DNA from: a virus
Taxonomy: Duplodnaviria; Caudoviricetes
Virus record (IMG/VR): IMGVR_UViG_3300032248_000400
Span: 9,599-73,598 of that record
Reading direction: 5' to 3' (one strand)
Length of the DNA stretch: 64,000 nucleotides
Made by a program: the position numbers and the translations under genes. Every line of letters starts with the position of its first letter. Within the stretch, counting starts at the first letter, position 1. This document shows positions 10,348 to 19,893 of the stretch, piece by piece. The notes beneath the pieces were generated by a model. It made no database searches and was not told the DNA's origin. It saw only the letters and a list, made by a program, of their open reading frames with translations.

Positions 10348-11025
10348 ATGAAAGGATATATTAATGGAAATGATAGATACAAAGTTACAAAAATTGTAGG
10401 AAGATACACATATGGTGATGAATTGATTACTATAAAAGAGCCTGGCGCCGATTTAACAATTGGTAGTTTTTGCGCCATAGGTCAATCTGTTAAAGTAATT
10501 TTGGGTTCATATCATAGAGTCGATTGGATAACATCTTTCCCCTTTGGTCAAAATAGTACGGATGTATTTACAAAGTTCAATCATTTACCATATAATTCAC
10601 ACAATGTTACTGTTACAAATGGTGATATTGTTATTGGTAATGATGTTTGGTTGGGCGATTGTGTAACTATTATGAGTGGTGTTACAATAGGACATGGTTG
10701 TGTTATTGGTGCACATAGTGTTGTGGCAAAAGATATTCCACCATATAGTGTTGTAGTGGGTAATCCGGGTAAAATAATAAGAAAGAAATTTAATGATGAC
10801 GATATTGAATTTTTATTAAATTTAAAATGGTGGGATTTACAAGATAGTATAATTAATGAAATTACTCCTATATTGTGTTCTGGAAATATTCAAAAATTAA
10901 GAGAATATTTTGAAATAAATCAAAAAATTTATATTGATAATCCAATTAATAAAAAATTAATATTAGATTGGTCAAATACAAGATGGAGTGATGGAAGCAA
11001 TTGTCCAATTGGATATAATACATAA
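10348..11025 (+). CDS. Hexapeptide-repeat O-acetyltransferase (CatB/Vat-like)
   Basis: GDIVIGNDVWLG...GVTIGHGCVIGAHSVVAKDIPPYSVVVGNPGK, LKWWD. Confidence 0.9.
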   Translation: MKGYINGNDRYKVTKIVGRYTYGDELITIKEPGADLTIGSFCAIGQSVKVILGSYHRVDWITSFPFGQNSTDVFTKFNHLPYNSHNVTVTNGDIVIGNDVWLGDCVTIMSGVTIGHGCVIGAHSVVAKDIPPYSVVVGNPGKIIRKKFNDDDIEFLLNLKWWDLQDSIINEITPILCSGNIQKLREYFEINQKIYIDNPINKKLILDWSNTRWSDGSNCPIGYNT

Positions 11026-11040
11026 TTAAAAAGTTATAAT

Positions 11041-11895
11041 ATGAAAGATGTAGTTATGGGGTGTATAACTGAATACACATTTGAACAAATAAAATTGTTT
11101 GTAAATTCAGTAGATAGAAGTGGATTCACCGGCCACAAAGTAATGATAGTTTATAATGTACCATTTTCAACTGTTGATGAATTGAGAAAACGAGAATGGA
11201 TTGTAGTTGCATTTAATGAAGATGTTCAAAATCAGAGATACACATATAGAGATAATTTTATAGTTACCGTTGATAGGCATTTGCACTATTATCTTACTTT
11301 AAAGCAATTAGCAGAAGAAACACCAGAAGGATTGAGATATGTATTAGCATTAGACCCAAAGGATGTAATATTCCAATACAATCCATCGGAGTGGTTAGAA
11401 AAAAATATAGGTGATAAAAAAATTAATGCAGGATGCGAGAGTGTTAAATATAAACACGAAGTTTGGGGTAGAAGTAATATGATTGAAAGTTTTGGCGAAG
11501 TTGTGTATGATAGATGTAAAGATAACATAACAGTAAACGCAGGAACAATATCAGGTGATTGGAAAACAATGTCTGAATTATTTTTGAATGTATATATAAT
11601 GTGCCAAGGAAGTCCAAGTGCAACTCCAGACCAAGCGGCAGTTAATGTGGCTTTATCATTTTCTCCATATAGAGAATTGACAAGATTCACAATGTCTGAG
11701 GAAGGATGGGCTGCACAATGTGGAACAACTGTTGACCCACGAATGGTTAATCAATATGGTGATAATTTATTAGAACCTGCACCGATTATGGAAGGAGATG
11801 TAGTTAAAACCAGTAAGGGTATTCCATTTGCAATTGTACATCAATATGATAGGATACCTGAGTGGAATAAAATAATTAGACAAAAATATAAATAA
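11041..11895 (+). CDS. Glycosyltransferase-like protein
   Basis: LDPKDVIFQYNP, VNAGTISG, DQAAVN, IVHQYDR motifs. Confidence 0.65.
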   Translation: MKDVVMGCITEYTFEQIKLFVNSVDRSGFTGHKVMIVYNVPFSTVDELRKREWIVVAFNEDVQNQRYTYRDNFIVTVDRHLHYYLTLKQLAEETPEGLRYVLALDPKDVIFQYNPSEWLEKNIGDKKINAGCESVKYKHEVWGRSNMIESFGEVVYDRCKDNITVNAGTISGDWKTMSELFLNVYIMCQGSPSATPDQAAVNVALSFSPYRELTRFTMSEEGWAAQCGTTVDPRMVNQYGDNLLEPAPIMEGDVVKTSKGIPFAIVHQYDRIPEWNKIIRQKYK

Positions 11896-11898
11896 GTT

Positions 11899-12387
11899 AT
11901 GATTATAGGTAAAGGCGATATCGCATCTATTTTGAACGATAGAGAAGGTGCAATATTTTTTGCATCTGGGGTTTCGAAAAGTAGTGAAACAAATGAGGCT
12001 GAATTTAATCGTGAAATTGAATTATTAAATAAGCAAGATAAAACTAAGTGTTTATTTTATTTCAGCTCTATTTCAATAGATGATACTCAAAAATTGTCAA
12101 ATAGATATTTACAACATAAAAAGAGTATGGAGGAATTAGTTAAATCCAATTTTAAAAATCATAACATCATACGAATTGGAAATATTACGTGGGGTAGTAA
12201 TCCAAACACTTTTATTAACTACATTAGGAACAAAATTAAAAATGGAGAACCTGTTGAAATAAAAGATGAGTTTAAGTATCTAATTGATAAAGAGCAATTG
12301 CTTCTATTAACCAATAATTTACCACTAACAGGTCAAAACAAAATAAGTATATTCGGGAGAATGGCCAAAGTAAAGGAATTGATATGA
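11899..12387 (+). CDS. Short NAD-dependent epimerase/dehydratase-like protein
   Basis: IIGKGDIA, FASGVS, FYFSS, YxxxK (YLQHK). Confidence 0.6.
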   Translation: MIIGKGDIASILNDREGAIFFASGVSKSSETNEAEFNREIELLNKQDKTKCLFYFSSISIDDTQKLSNRYLQHKKSMEELVKSNFKNHNIIRIGNITWGSNPNTFINYIRNKIKNGEPVEIKDEFKYLIDKEQLLLLTNNLPLTGQNKISIFGRMAKVKELI

Positions 12388-13277
12388 TAGAAATTGTAAT
12401 TTGGATAGCACCAACCGATATAGATGATTTAGAAAAGTCTTTGAATAGATTGAATATTGGAAAAGATTATCTAACAAAAGAACAATGTGACAATATTAAA
12501 TTCAATGTTGTTATGTGTGTTTCTGATGAAATAATTGATTGGAGTAAAAGTAGTGTTACGATTGAAGAAGTTACTGAAAAATTCTTAAAATTAAAACCAT
12601 TAACCGATTGGGCATCTCCTGGTATTTTTGAAACTACAACTACGATTAATGGTTGCACTTCTATGAGAAGATTATCTGGCTATTCTGATTCAAACTATTA
12701 TTTATGGTTAGATACTGATATTATATTTGACCCATTAACATTGGCACATTCAATAAATTCGATAGATATAATTGAAGGTGCTGGTATTACTAAATTTGTA
12801 TCTATTCCTGAAATTGTAAGACAATGGGATTCTACTTGGGATTGTTTAGTTAATGAACGATTTATAAATAAACCAATTGGATATCAGGCAACGAATAATC
12901 CACATATAGATGCTATTATTTACGATGAACCTGTATTGGAAGAAGTTCGTAATAATGTTTCAGGTCAACCATATATGAAATTTGGTGGTGGGTGGTTTGC
13001 ATTGATTTCAAAAGAATTAATGAAAACAATACCATTTCCAACGAACTATGGCCATTACGGATTGGATGATACCTATTTAATGTGGGGAGCAGAAATTTTG
13101 CAAGACCCAATGATAAAACAATTCAAAATAAAAAATATAATTGTATGTGAAAACTACTACGATAGAGGTATTACATACCCCAATCAGATACAATTTATAG
13201 ATAGAAGAGAGGAATATAAAAAGTATAATACGGAATTGGCCAATATTGCATTGGAAAATTTATTAAAGAATAAATAA
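12384..13277 (+). CDS. GT2-like glycosyltransferase
   Basis: YLWLDTDIIF, GGGWF, GHYGLDDTY. Confidence 0.65.
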   Translation: MIEIVIWIAPTDIDDLEKSLNRLNIGKDYLTKEQCDNIKFNVVMCVSDEIIDWSKSSVTIEEVTEKFLKLKPLTDWASPGIFETTTTINGCTSMRRLSGYSDSNYYLWLDTDIIFDPLTLAHSINSIDIIEGAGITKFVSIPEIVRQWDSTWDCLVNERFINKPIGYQATNNPHIDAIIYDEPVLEEVRNNVSGQPYMKFGGGWFALISKELMKTIPFPTNYGHYGLDDTYLMWGAEILQDPMIKQFKIKNIIVCENYYDRGITYPNQIQFIDRREEYKKYNTELANIALENLLKNK

Positions 13278-13281
13278 TTTT

Positions 13282-13290
13282 ATATTTATA
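13282..13290 (+). promoter_or_regulatory. ATATTTATA motif, candidate phage late promoter (also 19323, 20940, 23639 as ATACTTATA, 30419, 58534)
   Basis: Recurs 11-43 nt upstream of start codons in intergenic gaps, often right after a terminator. Confidence 0.6.
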
Positions 13291-13312
13291 TCAGTATATC
13301 AATCAATATAAT

Positions 13313-13699
13313 ATGAAATTTGAAATAACTCATCCAAAAATTTGGAAAAAACTGGCAGAAAAAAAGATACCAATGTCCCACAAAGTAAAAATCTACGAAA
13401 AATTAGGTGGAGCTTATAGACTTGGTGAAAATGGTGGTGAACAGGTGTTCAACAAAATGACCGAATTACTGAAATATAAAATAGATAATCCTATCAACGA
13501 AGGACCTGAAACAAAAGATCACGAAGTATCAATGGCAGGCGGGCAGTTGGATGATATCATTCGTAATGCTACCGAACTTAAAGGTAAAGTGGGAGAACAA
13601 GAAATGAACCTACCAGGTTGGATACAAGACCATATATCACAGGCACAAAACTTCATTAATCAGGCTAATACCGGATTTCATAAATTAGAACAGCAATAA
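13313..13699 (+). CDS. Hypothetical, putative virion protein
   Basis: DHEVSMA...LPGWIQDHIS motif; follows an ATATTTATA site. Confidence 0.5.
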   Translation: MKFEITHPKIWKKLAEKKIPMSHKVKIYEKLGGAYRLGENGGEQVFNKMTELLKYKIDNPINEGPETKDHEVSMAGGQLDDIIRNATELKGKVGEQEMNLPGWIQDHISQAQNFINQANTGFHKLEQQ

Positions 13700-14004
13700 T
13701 GGAAAATATCTACTCTGTATTAATAACAGCAATAAGCGTATTAGGTGGAACTACTGCGTTTCGTTTCTATGAAAAAAGATCAATGAGAAAAGAAAGAGAT
13801 GATGAATTTATTCGTCACGATTGTAAAGACCGTATCGCTAAATTAGAAGCCCTTTTAGAAGATTCATCTAAAGAAAAGGATATATTAAGAATTATGATAT
13901 TAGATTTAACTAAGAATGTTGCTGAGTTATCTGTTAAAGTTGAGTTTCTTACAAAAGAAAACGAAAAGCTATCAAAAACAACTAAGAAACAATTGAATGG
14001 GTAA
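13699..14004 (+). CDS. Membrane-anchored coiled-coil protein
   Basis: N-terminal hydrophobic helix followed by heptad repeats. Confidence 0.5.
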   Translation: MENIYSVLITAISVLGGTTAFRFYEKRSMRKERDDEFIRHDCKDRIAKLEALLEDSSKEKDILRIMILDLTKNVAELSVKVEFLTKENEKLSKTTKKQLNG

Positions 14005-14857
14005 TTTACTTAAAGAATTCTTTTTCGGCCAAAGATTTGCAAAGCTAGATGGTCGTAATATTGAATTGGGTAAAGTTTACGGAAACCCAATGGTAAATGC
14101 ATTCTCATCATTAGAAGAAGCTGAAAGTAAAAAATTAAGAGTATTTGATTTTGATGATACATTAGTTAAAACAAAATCACACATATACATTAAACATGGT
14201 GATGGTAAAGAATCAAAACTTACTCCAGGTGAATACGCAGTGTATGAACCAAAGGGAGATGATAAGTATGATTTTTCAGATTTTGAGCAAGTTAAACAAC
14301 CACAAGAAATAAAGGGAGTTACAAAGTTATTAAAAACAGTTGTAAAAGCAGAAGGTGAAAGAAAGGTTGTAATACTTACAGCAAGGAGTTCATATAAACC
14401 TGTTAAGGATTATTTAAAAGATATTGGGTTGGAAGGGATATATGTAGTTGCATTAGCAGATGCAGACCCACAAAAGAAAGCAGATTGGATTGAAGATAAA
14501 ATTAAAGCAGGATATGATGATGTATTTTTTATAGATGATTCACATAAAAATGTATCAGCAGTTTCAAAATTAAAAGATAAATATCCAAATATCAAAATGA
14601 AGGTTAGCCATGTCAAACACGATACCCCTGCGCCACCAAAACAATCCGATATGAAATCCCAAAAAGATAAGGAAGCAACTAAAAGAGTTGAACCTAAGAA
14701 AACGGATATGAGTTTAAAATCTTTATTACCAAAACAATTAGATAAAACTATTAAAAACCCAGAAACAGGTAATAAAATCAAAATCAAATCAGCATTACAA
14801 TACGATAAAAACACGCCAGCATATAAAGCGGCACAATTCGCATTAAAACAAAAATAA
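13997..14857 (+). CDS. HAD-family phosphatase (PNKP/RNA-repair type) with a basic C-terminal module
   Basis: VFDFDDTL, ILTAR, K, FIDDS HAD motifs; C-terminal KNPETGNKIKIKSALQY. Confidence 0.75.
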   Translation: MGNLLKEFFFGQRFAKLDGRNIELGKVYGNPMVNAFSSLEEAESKKLRVFDFDDTLVKTKSHIYIKHGDGKESKLTPGEYAVYEPKGDDKYDFSDFEQVKQPQEIKGVTKLLKTVVKAEGERKVVILTARSSYKPVKDYLKDIGLEGIYVVALADADPQKKADWIEDKIKAGYDDVFFIDDSHKNVSAVSKLKDKYPNIKMKVSHVKHDTPAPPKQSDMKSQKDKEATKRVEPKKTDMSLKSLLPKQLDKTIKNPETGNKIKIKSALQYDKNTPAYKAAQFALKQK

Positions 14858-14866
14858 GTTATAAAT

Positions 14867-15256
14867 ATGGCAGTTTACCTATTTACAGGTCAGCCCGGTA
14901 GTGGAAAAACTACACTGGCAAAAAAGTTACAATTTTGGTTACAAACGGATAAAAAGAACTGGAGGAAATCCGTATTTCACATAGATGAAAATCAAACAGA
15001 ACATCCTTTTGAAGTAGCACTATATTTAGATAAATATGGAAATGATGTTGTATTATCATTAATATCACCCAATAGAGAAATAAGAGAAAACTTTAAATCA
15101 AAATCCAAAGTAATTGAAATATATTGCCAATCAAAAAAAATGAGAAATCAATCTGTGGTTGAAAATTATGAACCACCAATCGATTTTTTTGTAGATTTAG
15201 ATACATCAGATTCAATTGATATAACTTTCAATAAACTGATTAAAATAATATCTTAA
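14867..15256 (+). CDS. P-loop kinase, adenylylsulfate-kinase-like
   Basis: FTGQPGSGKTT, SLISP...R, YEPP...LDT. Confidence 0.7.
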   Translation: MAVYLFTGQPGSGKTTLAKKLQFWLQTDKKNWRKSVFHIDENQTEHPFEVALYLDKYGNDVVLSLISPNREIRENFKSKSKVIEIYCQSKKMRNQSVVENYEPPIDFFVDLDTSDSIDITFNKLIKIIS

Positions 15257-15306
15257 TTAAAAAATAAATTTGATATACTTATTAGTATAAACAAATAGTT
15301 ATTAGT

Positions 15307-15870
15307 ATGGAAAATGAAAGTTTTTTTCCAAATTTAGAAGAAAAAGAAAAAATTACAAAAAGAGGGCTAGGTGCAAGACCTATATTGGAATCGCAAATAA
15401 AAGCCGCACAAGAAAAATCCCAATCCGCATTTGAAGCTGCAAGAACTTTAGGTATATCTTATAACACATATAAGAAGTATGCTAAACTATATGGTATATT
15501 TGAAGATTTAAAAAATCCATATGGTATTGGTATTCATAAGGCAAAAGCAATTAAGAATAAAAAATATCACATTGATGATTTGATTGCAGGAAAGCATTTG
15601 AAATATCCATTACATAAATTCAAAAATAAACTATTTGATAGTGGATATGTTCCAAAGGTATGTGGTAGTTGTGGATTTAGTGAAGAAAGAGTTACAGATA
15701 GTAAGATGCCATTACTAATAGATTTCTTAGATGGCAATTTGAACAACAGAGTATTGGATAATATACGACCTCTTTGTTATAATTGTTTTTTCCTATTAGT
15801 TGGAGAAAGAAACGTAAAAAATTGGTACGAAGAAAATGGAGGAATTCCAGATGAAGATATACAGGAGTAA
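15307..15870 (+). CDS. HTH plus HNH-like (CxxC...CxxC) protein
   Basis: AARTLGISYNT helix-turn-helix; CGSCG...DFLDGNLNN...NIRPLCYNC with the HNH histidines degenerate. Confidence 0.65.
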   Translation: MENESFFPNLEEKEKITKRGLGARPILESQIKAAQEKSQSAFEAARTLGISYNTYKKYAKLYGIFEDLKNPYGIGIHKAKAIKNKKYHIDDLIAGKHLKYPLHKFKNKLFDSGYVPKVCGSCGFSEERVTDSKMPLLIDFLDGNLNNRVLDNIRPLCYNCFFLLVGERNVKNWYEENGGIPDEDIQE

Positions 15871-16879
15871 GGCACCATTCAGGATTAGTTTTGCAGGTGG
15901 TGGTACTGATATAGAATCTTATACAAAGAACCACACAGGCGAAGTAATCAATACCACTATATCTCTATTTACTCATACATCTTTACAATTGAGGGATGAT
16001 ACTAAAGTTACATTTAAATGGGTAAATAAAGATGAATATGAGGAGCATGATTTTAGTGATGAGTTAGATTGTTCTTATGGATTAAAGCTCTTTAAAGCAA
16101 CCCACAATCACATATGTAAACGTTTTAACGTAAATCAATTTGGATGTGATATCATTTCATATCAAGATGTACCAACCGGAAGTGGATTGGGTACATCATC
16201 TACACTTATAATATCTTTAATTGGTGTGTATCAGGAATTATTTAATCTACCATTAGGAGAATATGATATTGCTGAAATGGCAGTTCAAATTGAAAGAAAT
16301 GAATTAAAAGAGAAAGGTGGAAAGCAAGATCAATATGCATCTGCATTTGGTGGGTTTAATCATATGGAATTTAAAAATGATAGAGTAATGGTAAATCCAT
16401 TAAAAATAAAAATGGAAATACAAAATGAATTGGAAAATAATATTCTTCTTTATTTTACAAATTTGACAAGAAATAGTTCGGATGTACTTACTGAACAAAT
16501 TGAAAAGATAAAAACAAATGATGAACAATCTATCGAATCATTACAATGTTTGGTAAAACAATCAAGGGATGTAAAAGATTGTTTGATGAAAGGTAATTTA
16601 GATAAACTTGGTAATATATTTCATAACGGGTTTCAGCAAAAGAAAAAATTAGCAAATGGGATTAGTACGGAGGAAATAGAACTACTTTACCAAACGGCAT
16701 TAAAAGCTGGGGCAACAGGTGGTAAGATAAGTGGTGCAGGTGGTGGTGGATTTTTATTTTTTTATTGTCCAAATAATACAAAATATAATGTAATAAAGGA
16801 GTTGGATAAATTAAAAATGGGATATCACCAACTATTTACTTTTAATAAATTTGGTATGAATAGTTGGCAGATTCAATAA
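15851..16879 (+). CDS. hddA: GHMP kinase, D-glycero-D-manno-heptose-7-phosphate kinase-like
   Basis: APFRISFAGGGTD, PTGSGLGTSS, GGKQDQYA, GKISGAGGGGF. Confidence 0.85.
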   Translation: MKIYRSKAPFRISFAGGGTDIESYTKNHTGEVINTTISLFTHTSLQLRDDTKVTFKWVNKDEYEEHDFSDELDCSYGLKLFKATHNHICKRFNVNQFGCDIISYQDVPTGSGLGTSSTLIISLIGVYQELFNLPLGEYDIAEMAVQIERNELKEKGGKQDQYASAFGGFNHMEFKNDRVMVNPLKIKMEIQNELENNILLYFTNLTRNSSDVLTEQIEKIKTNDEQSIESLQCLVKQSRDVKDCLMKGNLDKLGNIFHNGFQQKKKLANGISTEEIELLYQTALKAGATGGKISGAGGGGFLFFYCPNNTKYNVIKELDKLKMGYHQLFTFNKFGMNSWQIQ

Positions 16880-16898
16880 AATTGTATATATTTGTTGT

Positions 16899-17270
16899 AT
16901 GATATTAAAACCAATAAGAGTAGAAAAGATGTGGGGATATGAGTTGTGGATTCATAATGATTCTCAATATTGTGGAAAAAAATTAGTTTTTACAAAAGCT
17001 GGCAATCACTTCTCAATGCATTACCATATGATTAAAAACGAAACTTGGTATGTACAAGATGGTGAATTTCAATTTGATTGGATTGATACTAAAGATGGTA
17101 AAAGAAAATTCACAAATTTAAAGCCAGGAGATTGTGTATATGTTCAAAAAGGAATGCCACACAAACTTATTGCAAAGAGTGACATGGCAACTATATTTGA
17201 AGTAAGTACGGAACATTTAGACTCTGATTCTTACAGAATTTATAAAGATACCCCAAAAGATTTAATATGA
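16899..17270 (+). CDS. Cupin, mannose-6-phosphate-isomerase-like
   Basis: KMWGYE, SMHYHMIKNETWYV, PH...EVST. Confidence 0.8.
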   Translation: MILKPIRVEKMWGYELWIHNDSQYCGKKLVFTKAGNHFSMHYHMIKNETWYVQDGEFQFDWIDTKDGKRKFTNLKPGDCVYVQKGMPHKLIAKSDMATIFEVSTEHLDSDSYRIYKDTPKDLI

Positions 17271-17490
17271 AACCAACAAAAGAAACGGAAAAACCAAAAA
17301 AATTTGAACATATATATGAAGATGATGAAAGTACATCTATTTGGAAATATGACTTAGATAAGTTTCCAAGAGGACCGATATCCGTTGAATATAAATGGAA
17401 AGCACATTATTTAAAAGAATTAGAATTAAAAAAGAAACGTGGAAGATAAATCATTTTCCACATATTTAGATAACAACAAAAACAAAAACA

Positions 17491-17673
17491 ATGAGTAGTA
17501 AAAAAACAGAACTATTTGAGCAAATGAAAGGATTGTGGGAACAATTTGAAGTAGAACACAACAAAACAACAAAGGTATCACAAAAAAATGCAAGAACACT
17601 TATCGGTGATTTGAAAAAGTTAGTAACCGATTACAGACAAGCATCTGTTGAAGAAACTAAAGGAGTACAATAA
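17491..17673 (+). CDS. Small hypothetical protein
   Basis: 60-aa ORF with an A-rich upstream region, followed by a terminator. Confidence 0.55.
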   Translation: MSSKKTELFEQMKGLWEQFEVEHNKTTKVSQKNARTLIGDLKKLVTDYRQASVEETKGVQ

Positions 17674-17680
17674 AGAAATG

Positions 17681-17704
17681 GGGAAATAACTTTCCCTTTT
17701 TTTA
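17681..17704 (+). terminator. Intrinsic terminator
   Basis: GGGAAA-TAAC-TTTCCC followed by a T run. Confidence 0.8.
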
Positions 17705-17736
17705 TTTGGTAGTATCAAAAAATAATTGTATATTTA
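17705..17736 (+). promoter_or_regulatory. Bacteroidota-type sigma70 promoter
   Basis: TTTG-N20-TATATTTA. Confidence 0.75.
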
Positions 17737-17772
17737 CATTATAACAATAATTAAAAACAAAAACAAAAAGTT

Positions 17773-17979
17773 ATGGCAAAGTTTTATTCAGTACAAGTAG
17801 CAATCGAAGTTGAAGATGCGAAAGGTAAAATCAAAAAACAAAAAGAAAACTATTTAGTAGATGCAATGTCAGTTACAGAAGCAGAGGCTAAATTGGTAAA
17901 GAAATTTGTAGCAGAAGCAGTTAAGCTTGAATACGAAGTAGTTAAAGTATCAGAAACAAATGTTATCGAAGTATTCTAA
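17773..17979 (+). CDS. DUF4494-like protein
   Basis: KKQKENYLVDAMSVTEAEAKL resembles the Bacteroidota DUF4494 core. Confidence 0.65.
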   Translation: MAKFYSVQVAIEVEDAKGKIKKQKENYLVDAMSVTEAEAKLVKKFVAEAVKLEYEVVKVSETNVIEVF

Positions 17980-17994
17980 TAAAGTTTATATCGT

Positions 17995-18234
17995 ATGGCA
18001 ACAGAAACAATTCAAACAGTAGTTCTTAAAAGAGTTGCACCCGGAGATAGGTGGGTATTTCCTGAAAATTCAAAAACTATTTACCCATCTCTTACGGATG
18101 CATTAGAAGCTTATTACCAAAAAAGTGGTGATACACAATACTATATAGATGCAAGAGAAGGAACAATTAGTGTATTTGGAATCAGAGAATATGAAGAACC
18201 TATAAAGAGATTCTCATTGTATGGTGAAGACTAA
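17995..18234 (+). CDS. Hypothetical protein
   Basis: Tightly packed ORF. Confidence 0.5.
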   Translation: MATETIQTVVLKRVAPGDRWVFPENSKTIYPSLTDALEAYYQKSGDTQYYIDAREGTISVFGIREYEEPIKRFSLYGED

Positions 18235-18670
18235 GATATTAGTTATAGCTAGTGGTTATTTCAACCCAATTCATAAAGGACATATAGAATACCTCAATCG
18301 CTCAAAAGCGGTTGGGGATTTTCTATTTGTAATAGTGAATAATGATAAACAAAGAGAGCTGAAAGGGTCTAAATCATTTATGAACGAAGATGAAAGATTG
18401 ATAGTGGTATCAAATCTAAAATCGGTTGATAGTGCAATGATATCTATTGATAAAACCAATAGATTAGTTGAAAATTCTATTAAAAAAATATACAATGAAA
18501 TCGGTTCACAATTTGATAAAATTATATTTACCAATGGTGGTGATGTAATTGAAGAAACTATGGGTGAGTGGGCTATATGTAAAATTTTAGGAATAGATTT
18601 GGTATTTGGATTGGGAGATAAAATACAATCATCATCTCTTTTGATTAAAAAATATACCGATGAACATTAG
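18221..18670 (+). CDS. Cytidylyltransferase family (TagD/RfaE-C-like)
   Basis: SGYFNPIHKGHIEYL (HxGH), VNND, FTNGGD, SSS. Confidence 0.88.
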   Translation: MVKTKILVIASGYFNPIHKGHIEYLNRSKAVGDFLFVIVNNDKQRELKGSKSFMNEDERLIVVSNLKSVDSAMISIDKTNRLVENSIKKIYNEIGSQFDKIIFTNGGDVIEETMGEWAICKILGIDLVFGLGDKIQSSSLLIKKYTDEH

Positions 18671-19313
18671 TCGTACTAAATCCGAACTTTTAGGTGGATC
18701 GGGTGGTGTATATTACAATCCACTATACAATGGCGGTGGCACGACTATTGGATATGATATGTGTAAACACCCATCAGTATTAAAGCATATTATAAATGTA
18801 AATACTACATTGGAAATGTGTTCAGGCCCTGGATTTATTGGCTACTATTTATTATTTAATAATTTAACAAAAAGATTATGGTTATCAGATAAATTTGATG
18901 GTGTAATACCGGGCATTATTGAAACAAATAAAATTAATAATGTAGATGTTCCATTTATACATTCCGATTGCTTCCAAAATTTTCCAAAAGATTTAAAGTT
19001 TGACTTAATAATAAGTAATCCTCCACATTTTCAAAAAAATCACAAATACATATGGGATAAAGCAACAAAGGAGGAATTGGATGCTAGTTACCGAATCAAT
19101 CTTGATACGGATTTAAAATTTCACAAAGAATTTTTTAAAAATATAAAAAACCATTTAAACAAAAATGGTAAAATAATATTGGTTGAAAACCAATCATTTA
19201 TAAATGATAAAACCATAATTGAATTAGCTGAAACCGGATTTGAATATGAAGTTATAAACGGGCTATACAAGGATAATGAACTTTACTATATTATATTAAC
19301 TATCTTAAACTAA
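18660..19313 (+). CDS. Class I SAM methyltransferase (HemK/MTS-like)
   Basis: LEMCSGPGFIG and DLIISNPPH. Confidence 0.85.
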   Translation: MNISRTKSELLGGSGGVYYNPLYNGGGTTIGYDMCKHPSVLKHIINVNTTLEMCSGPGFIGYYLLFNNLTKRLWLSDKFDGVIPGIIETNKINNVDVPFIHSDCFQNFPKDLKFDLIISNPPHFQKNHKYIWDKATKEELDASYRINLDTDLKFHKEFFKNIKNHLNKNGKIILVENQSFINDKTIIELAETGFEYEVINGLYKDNELYYIILTILN

Positions 19314-19374
19314 AAATTTTATATATTTATATTTACTTAAAACAAGTTATTAAAAACAAAAAAAAACAACTATT

Positions 19375-19743
19375 ATGAAAAAATTATTTCAATTTATTAA
19401 AAATCTATTTGTAAAATTAGATGTTCTCGAAGAAAAAGTAGAAAAAGCCGTTGAGAGTTCTAAATTACTATCAGCTGAACAAAAAGCAAAAATCAAAAAG
19501 GGATTGAGCGATTTTGACAAATTTGAAGAAAATATTGAAGATGTTGTTGATGAATCAGAAATTGCAGCTGAAAAAATTAAAAAAGCAGTAAAATCTAAAA
19601 ATTTAACAGATGTAACTGCTGCAGTTGAATCTGTAAAAAAAGTTGGAAAAGAAGCTAAAGAAGTTGGTGATGATGCTAAAGCTGTAGCTAAAAAAGCTAA
19701 AGAAGCAAAAGCCAAAATGATAGCTAAGAAATCAAAAAAGTAG
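19375..19743 (+). CDS. K/E/A-rich helical hypothetical protein
   Basis: ORF follows an ATATTTATA motif. Confidence 0.55.
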   Translation: MKKLFQFIKNLFVKLDVLEEKVEKAVESSKLLSAEQKAKIKKGLSDFDKFEENIEDVVDESEIAAEKIKKAVKSKNLTDVTAAVESVKKVGKEAKEVGDDAKAVAKKAKEAKAKMIAKKSKK

Positions 19744-19768
19744 TAAAGTAAAATCGGAAGAATAACCT

Positions 19769-19891
19769 ATGGCTAGACTAAGCGGAGGAAACACAAAAGT
19801 TTCATTTGGTAAAAAGAAAAATAAAGCACAAAAATCTTTCAACAAAAACGATAGGAAAGAAAAAAACTATCGTGGACAGGGGAGGCTATAA
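19769..19891 (+). CDS. 40-aa basic peptide ending YRGQGRL (not in ORF track)
   Basis: MARLSGGNTKVSFGKKKNKAQKSFNKNDRKEKNYRGQGRL fills the intergenic gap exactly. Confidence 0.55.
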   Translation: MARLSGGNTKVSFGKKKNKAQKSFNKNDRKEKNYRGQGRL

Positions 19892-19893
19892 AA

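Noticed and set aside
15307-15870. Mobile homing endonuclease
   Set aside because: The catalytic histidines look degenerate and there is no surrounding intron. It is kept only as an HNH-like CDS.
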